NCBI GenBank assembly: GCA_947169885.1
Contig: CAMVRM010000005.1
Span: 26,327-90,326 of the forward strand
Direction of reading: 5' to 3'
Length of the DNA stretch: 64,000 nucleotides
Origin: an uncultured Ruminococcus sp.
Lineage (GTDB): Bacteria > Bacillota > Clostridia > Oscillospirales > Ruminococcaceae
Below the pieces are notes generated by a model. It made no database searches. It had not been told where the DNA came from and was given only the letters and a program-made list of their open reading frames with translations. The position numbers and the translations under genes were made by a program. Below are positions 61,292-64,000 of the stretch, in pieces (positions within the stretch are counted from its first letter, which is position 1; the number at the start of each line of letters is the position of its first letter).

Positions 61292-61437
61292 CCTTTGGAC
61301 TGCTTTTGATATGCCGCTTCATTTGTTAGCTGTTCATAAGAATTTCCTTGGACTATTTTGGATATGCCGCTTCATATGTTAGCTGTCCATAAGTATTTCC
61401 TTGGACTATTTTTGATATGCCGCTTCATTTGTCGCTC
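61292..61437. repeat. tandem direct repeat, 53-54-nt unit x ~2.7
   Basis: Units at 61292-61345, 61346-61398 and 61399-~61437, consensus CCTTGGACT(A/G)(T/C)TTTTGATATGCCGCTTCAT(T/A)TGTTAGCTGT(T/C)CATAAG(A/T)ATTT. Confidence 0.9.
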
Positions 61438-61471
61438 GTTCGCCGCTGGGCTCACATTGCACAAAGGTAGG

Positions 61472-61524
61472 CAAGCCGCTCGTAAGGGATAGCTATAGTC
61501 GGTTTATTTGTTGCGAGCGGCTTG
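61472..61524. repeat. GC-rich hairpin (11-bp perfect stem, 31-nt loop)
   Basis: CAAGCCGCTCG ... CGAGCGGCTTG. Further small hairpins follow (GGAGCtctGCTCC; GCGCTAAGtcgCTTAcGCGC). Confidence 0.8.
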
Positions 61525-61694
61525 ATCTTGAATGGAGCTCTGCTCCAAACCTCGCCGGTCTAGCGCAACCGGAGTGCGCTAAGTCGCTTACGCGCGATTC
61601 CACTTCATTTGCTTCATTTGTATATTTTAACAAAACCGCTCATTTATAGGAATTTAGTTACATTATAACACGTATTTCCGAAAAAGTCAAACTG

Positions 61695-62855
61695 TTATCG
61701 GGATAATTTTGACAGTTTATCCCTGCACAGCGTTACTGTATCTATAACATACTCAATATCTTCTTCCGTGCAGTCATCGCCAAGCGAAAATCGAATGCTC
61801 GAACGTGCCTGTTCTGCGCCTGCTCCCATTGCCGTCAGGACGTGGGACGGCGCATCAGAACCCGTTGTACACGCCGAACCGCCCGATGCACTTACTCCAT
61901 ACATATCAAGCATAACAAGCATACTTTCCGCTTCAATGCCCCTGAACGCAACATTCAGCACAGACGGCAGGCGCAGGCTCTTGTGACCGTTCAGGACAGT
62001 ATCGGGCAGAGACAGCACCGCTTCTTCCAGCCTGTCACGAAGCGTTCTCAGCCGCCCGGCACGCTCGTCCATACCCTCAGCCGACTCCGCAAGCGCCTGT
62101 GCAAGCCCGACTATCCCTGCCGTGTTCTCAGTACCTGCACGCCGTCCGTACTCCTGCTGACCGCCGTCAATAAAGTTAGGCAGGCGCACTTCTTTTCGTA
62201 CAAACAGCGCACCGACACCCTTTGGAGCGTGGAACTTATGTCCCGAGAGTGACAGCATATCACAGTTAAGCGACCGCACGTCAACGGGGATATGTCCGAC
62301 CGCCTGCACCGCATCGGTATGGAACAGCACTCCCCTTTCACGGCAAAGCTTTCCCACCTCTGCAACGGGCATGAGCGTTCCGACTTCGTTATTCGCAAGC
62401 ATGACCGAGACAAGCGCAGTATCAGCCCTCAGCGCCGCCGCCACCTTTTCAGCCGAAACTATACCGAAACGGTCAGGCATAAGATATGTCACTTCAAAGC
62501 CCTGACGTTCAAGATATTTACAGCTGTTAAGTACGGCGTGATGTTCAACAGCTGTCGTGACGATATGGCGTTTGCCCGACTGAGCGCCGAGTTCAGCGGC
62601 GGATTTGACCGCCCAGTTATCAGCCTCAGAGCCGCCCGAAGTGAAGAACAGTTCCGAGGCTTCAGCGCCGAGTATATCAGCCGCCTGTCTGCGTGCGGAG
62701 AGTACAGCCCTTGCCGAGTGATGAGCGAGTTTGTAACTGCCGGAGGGGTTTCCGAAATCCTCAGTAAAAAACGGCATCATAGCTTGCAGGACAGTTGGCG
62801 AAAGACGAGTAGTTGCGGCGTTATCGCAATAGACGAAACGTTTTTGCATATCCAA
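61695..62855 (-). CDS. cysteine desulfurase (NifS/IscS-like, class V aminotransferase)
   Basis: 'YCDNAATT', 'SGGSEADN', PLP-Lys 'SLSGHKFHAPKGVGAL', active-site loop 'SGGSACTTG'. Confidence 0.9.
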   Translation of the reverse strand: MDMQKRFVYCDNAATTRLSPTVLQAMMPFFTEDFGNPSGSYKLAHHSARAVLSARRQAADILGAEASELFFTSGGSEADNWAVKSAAELGAQSGKRHIVTTAVEHHAVLNSCKYLERQGFEVTYLMPDRFGIVSAEKVAAALRADTALVSVMLANNEVGTLMPVAEVGKLCRERGVLFHTDAVQAVGHIPVDVRSLNCDMLSLSGHKFHAPKGVGALFVRKEVRLPNFIDGGQQEYGRRAGTENTAGIVGLAQALAESAEGMDERAGRLRTLRDRLEEAVLSLPDTVLNGHKSLRLPSVLNVAFRGIEAESMLVMLDMYGVSASGGSACTTGSDAPSHVLTAMGAGAEQARSSIRFSLGDDCTEEDIEYVIDTVTLCRDKLSKLSR

Positions 62856-63028
62856 AGTTCACACTCCTTTTATATCATTATACAAATACAACAGCGAAAA
62901 GTCAATATAAATAAGAAATTAGAAATAAGAATTAAGAAAGTTCTAAAAATCAGCACAAATGAAATGTGAGCGCCAGAGATTCAAAAGTTTTAGGAAAGAG
63001 AGTCCAGAGGGGATAACCCTTTTTCCTG

Positions 63029-63091
63029 CCGTGCGAAGCTAAGGCGAAGGGTATTCCCCTTTGGTGGGAGTTTCGCCTTAGCTGCGCACGG
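63029..63091. repeat. long GC-rich hairpin (20-bp stem, 1 mismatch, 23-nt loop)
   Basis: CCGTGCGAAGCTAAGGCGAA ... TTCGCCTTAGCTGCGCACGG. Confidence 0.85.
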
Positions 63092-63316
63092 CAAGGCAAA
63101 GTCCTCATTCGCCCCTATGGGGCGATAGAAAGAAAAGTCAAAACAAAAGCAGTCCAAAGCGCTCAAACTCAAAGCCACATCTAAAAATCGGCATTCCAAA
63201 TACACACTAACAAAATCAATCAAAATTAAAGACTATATCCATATCGGTTAGAAGCACCAAAAATGCCGATTTTTATTTTTCGGAACAGCGTAAGCGCATT
63301 CCGAAAAAAATCCCTA

Positions 63317-63352
63317 AGAACCTGTCTTCACAAGAAATGTGCGTGTCTTGTG
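63317..63352. repeat. truncated palindromic repeat element copy 5
   Basis: AGAACCTGTCTTCACAAGA-aatgtgcgtg-TCTTGTG, after which similarity ends; AAGACAGGTTCT is missing. Confidence 0.8.
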
Positions 63353-63382
63353 GCATTAAAGTTTAAGTCGAGTGGTTATTAA

Positions 63383-63472
63383 GGCGTGTAAACTACACGC
63401 CATACAAGCCGATACACGCCATAGGTACACGCCCAAAACAACGTATTTACGTTGTTTACACGCCTACACGCC
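63383..63472. repeat. left arm of long imperfect inverted repeat carrying five TACACGCC 8-mers (+1 inverted copy)
   Basis: TACACGCC at 63394, 63413, 63426, 63457 and 63465. GGCGTGTA at 63383. Confidence 0.85.
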
Positions 63473-63915
63473 ATTTTAGTAAGTTGTCCCTATATTATGT
63501 ATGTGCAAAATCAACCGGGGAATATAGTCACCTTACTTCAAAATTCGATAGCAAATTAAACGTTGAAAATTCTCTTTTCAGGAAGTTCTCTTTAAATTGT
63601 ATATTCTTGATTTCAAGTAGGGCGACTATATCCCTTTTCAGTGTCATGATTTCAGTATTACGATTGCGAAGCATCTCCAAAGCTGAATGTCAGGGAAACA
63701 ATGCAGGATAGCTGTAATATCCCAGATTTTCTGGAAGATGATGACAGGGTGATGTATGGGGAGAAGCTGTTTTGAAACATGATACTTTCATTTCATGGGT
63801 AAAGCAGAATGAGTATAAACTGAAAGTGCATTATTCCACAAATATTGCAAGCAACGGCAGTCATGTCTGAGGATTCAAGAGTATCACTGTAAAATATAAG
63901 GCAAGTTGCTTTTAA

Positions 63916-64000
63916 GGCGTGTAGGCGTGTAAAGCACGTAATTGCAAGCTTTTTGCCGTGTAGGTCAGGCGTGTGACCGCAGAAATGGCGTGTAGGATAC
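63916..64000. repeat. right arm of the inverted repeat (GGCGTGTA 8-mers), continues beyond window
   Basis: GGCGTGTA at 63916, 63924 and 63987, with 1-mismatch variants at 63955 and 63968. Offsets 0/8/39/52/71 mirror the left arm exactly. The last 3 nt, 'tac', fit the predicted next copy. Confidence 0.85.

Larger units (their letters stand above)
63353..64000. mobile_element. candidate non-autonomous insertion or iteron-bearing element interrupting a palindromic repeat copy (right end outside window)
   Basis: It begins where repeat copy 5 is truncated. It has mirror arms with multiple 8-mer sites around a 443-bp AT-rich core that has no ORF longer than 75 aa. Confidence 0.3.

Noticed and set aside
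61292-61437. The tandem 53-nt repeats might be a CRISPR array.
   Set aside because: The units are directly adjacent with no spacers. The unit length is atypical, and no cas genes are in the window.
61440-61620. The GC-rich structured segment upstream of rimM might be a known RNA gene (tRNA, SRP RNA, 6S, tmRNA, RNase P).
   Set aside because: There is no cloverleaf with T-loop (GTTCRANYC) or anticodon geometry. There is no SRP domain-IV motif, and no other signature that I can recognise. It is reported only as unexplained hairpins.
62990-63223. A 77-codon minus-strand ORF lies upstream of the nifS-like gene.
   Set aside because: It runs straight through the 20-bp-stem hairpin and other palindromes. 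It has no RBS and an odd composition, so it is more likely non-coding structured DNA or RNA.
63484-63711. A 75-codon ORF and several shorter frames lie in the AT-rich core between the 8-mer arms.
   Set aside because: They have no RBS and no recognisable domain, for example no transposase, Rep or HTH motif. The frames are short and broken on both strands. They may be relics, but I cannot support a gene call.

Overview
This 64-kb chromosomal window looks like a Clostridia (Ruminococcus/Oscillospiraceae-like) Firmicute. That placement is an inference from gene content only: lon-ysxC and rimM-trmD synteny, type-2 GalT, a CpsB PHP phosphatase, YfhO and many GGDEF/EAL proteins. I support about 54 protein genes. 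I found no rRNA, tRNA, CRISPR array, integrase or transposase ORF.

Gene order:
- galT 3' end, then membrane proteins.
- A PAS-GGDEF(degenerate)-EAL protein.
- A YtrA-type GntR + ABC + 2 permeases + membrane-anchored beta-lactamase-fold hydrolase operon, then an orphan sugar-binding lipoprotein.
- A capsule-type regulatory module (two Wzz/BY-kinase fusions, a CpsB phosphatase, an Ig-like membrane protein) with no glycosyltransferases, followed by a REC protein with degenerate GGDEF-like domains.
- An EF-G/TetM-like GTPase fused to a YacP/Rae1 NYN RNase domain.
- An orphan prepilin-type protein and a lipoprotein.
- Two COG0523/CobW GTPases, one with a His-rich repeat.
- An ABC + permease + orphan histidine kinase operon.
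- engB-lon and an oppBCDFA-type peptide transporter.
- A PAS-GGDEF(degenerate)-EAL protein; YfhO plus a Cys-rich small protein.
- An SPFH protein plus an atypical NAD-kinase-fold protein.
- A TVP38 protein and a DUF4236-led four-gene operon.
- A FIST-GGDEF cyclase.
- EcsC, TelA and a YceG-like protein, then an OmpR-type two-component system.
- HPr, trmD-rimM and a NifS-like cysteine desulfurase.

Most noteworthy observations:
1. The trGTPase-NYN fusion (18714-21272) is a candidate ribosome-docked nuclease.
2. The BY-kinase module splits its functions. One paralogue has a dead P-loop and a hyper-expanded Tyr tail; the other has an intact P-loop and no Tyr tail.
3. A REP-like 49-nt palindromic repeat family abuts stop codons, with one split and one truncated copy.
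4. Next to the truncated copy is a >=90-nt mirror-symmetric pair of arms, each carrying five copies of the 8-mer TACACGCC at identical offsets. It runs off the window edge and may be a transposon-end, iteron or operator structure.
5. The nifS-like gene is bracketed by tandem 53-nt repeats, inverted shared modules and long GC-rich hairpins.
6. The SPFH/NAD-kinase-like, TelA/YceG/EcsC and DUF4236 operons are function-unknown membrane or stress modules.

All family assignments come from motif recognition by eye. No database search was run.
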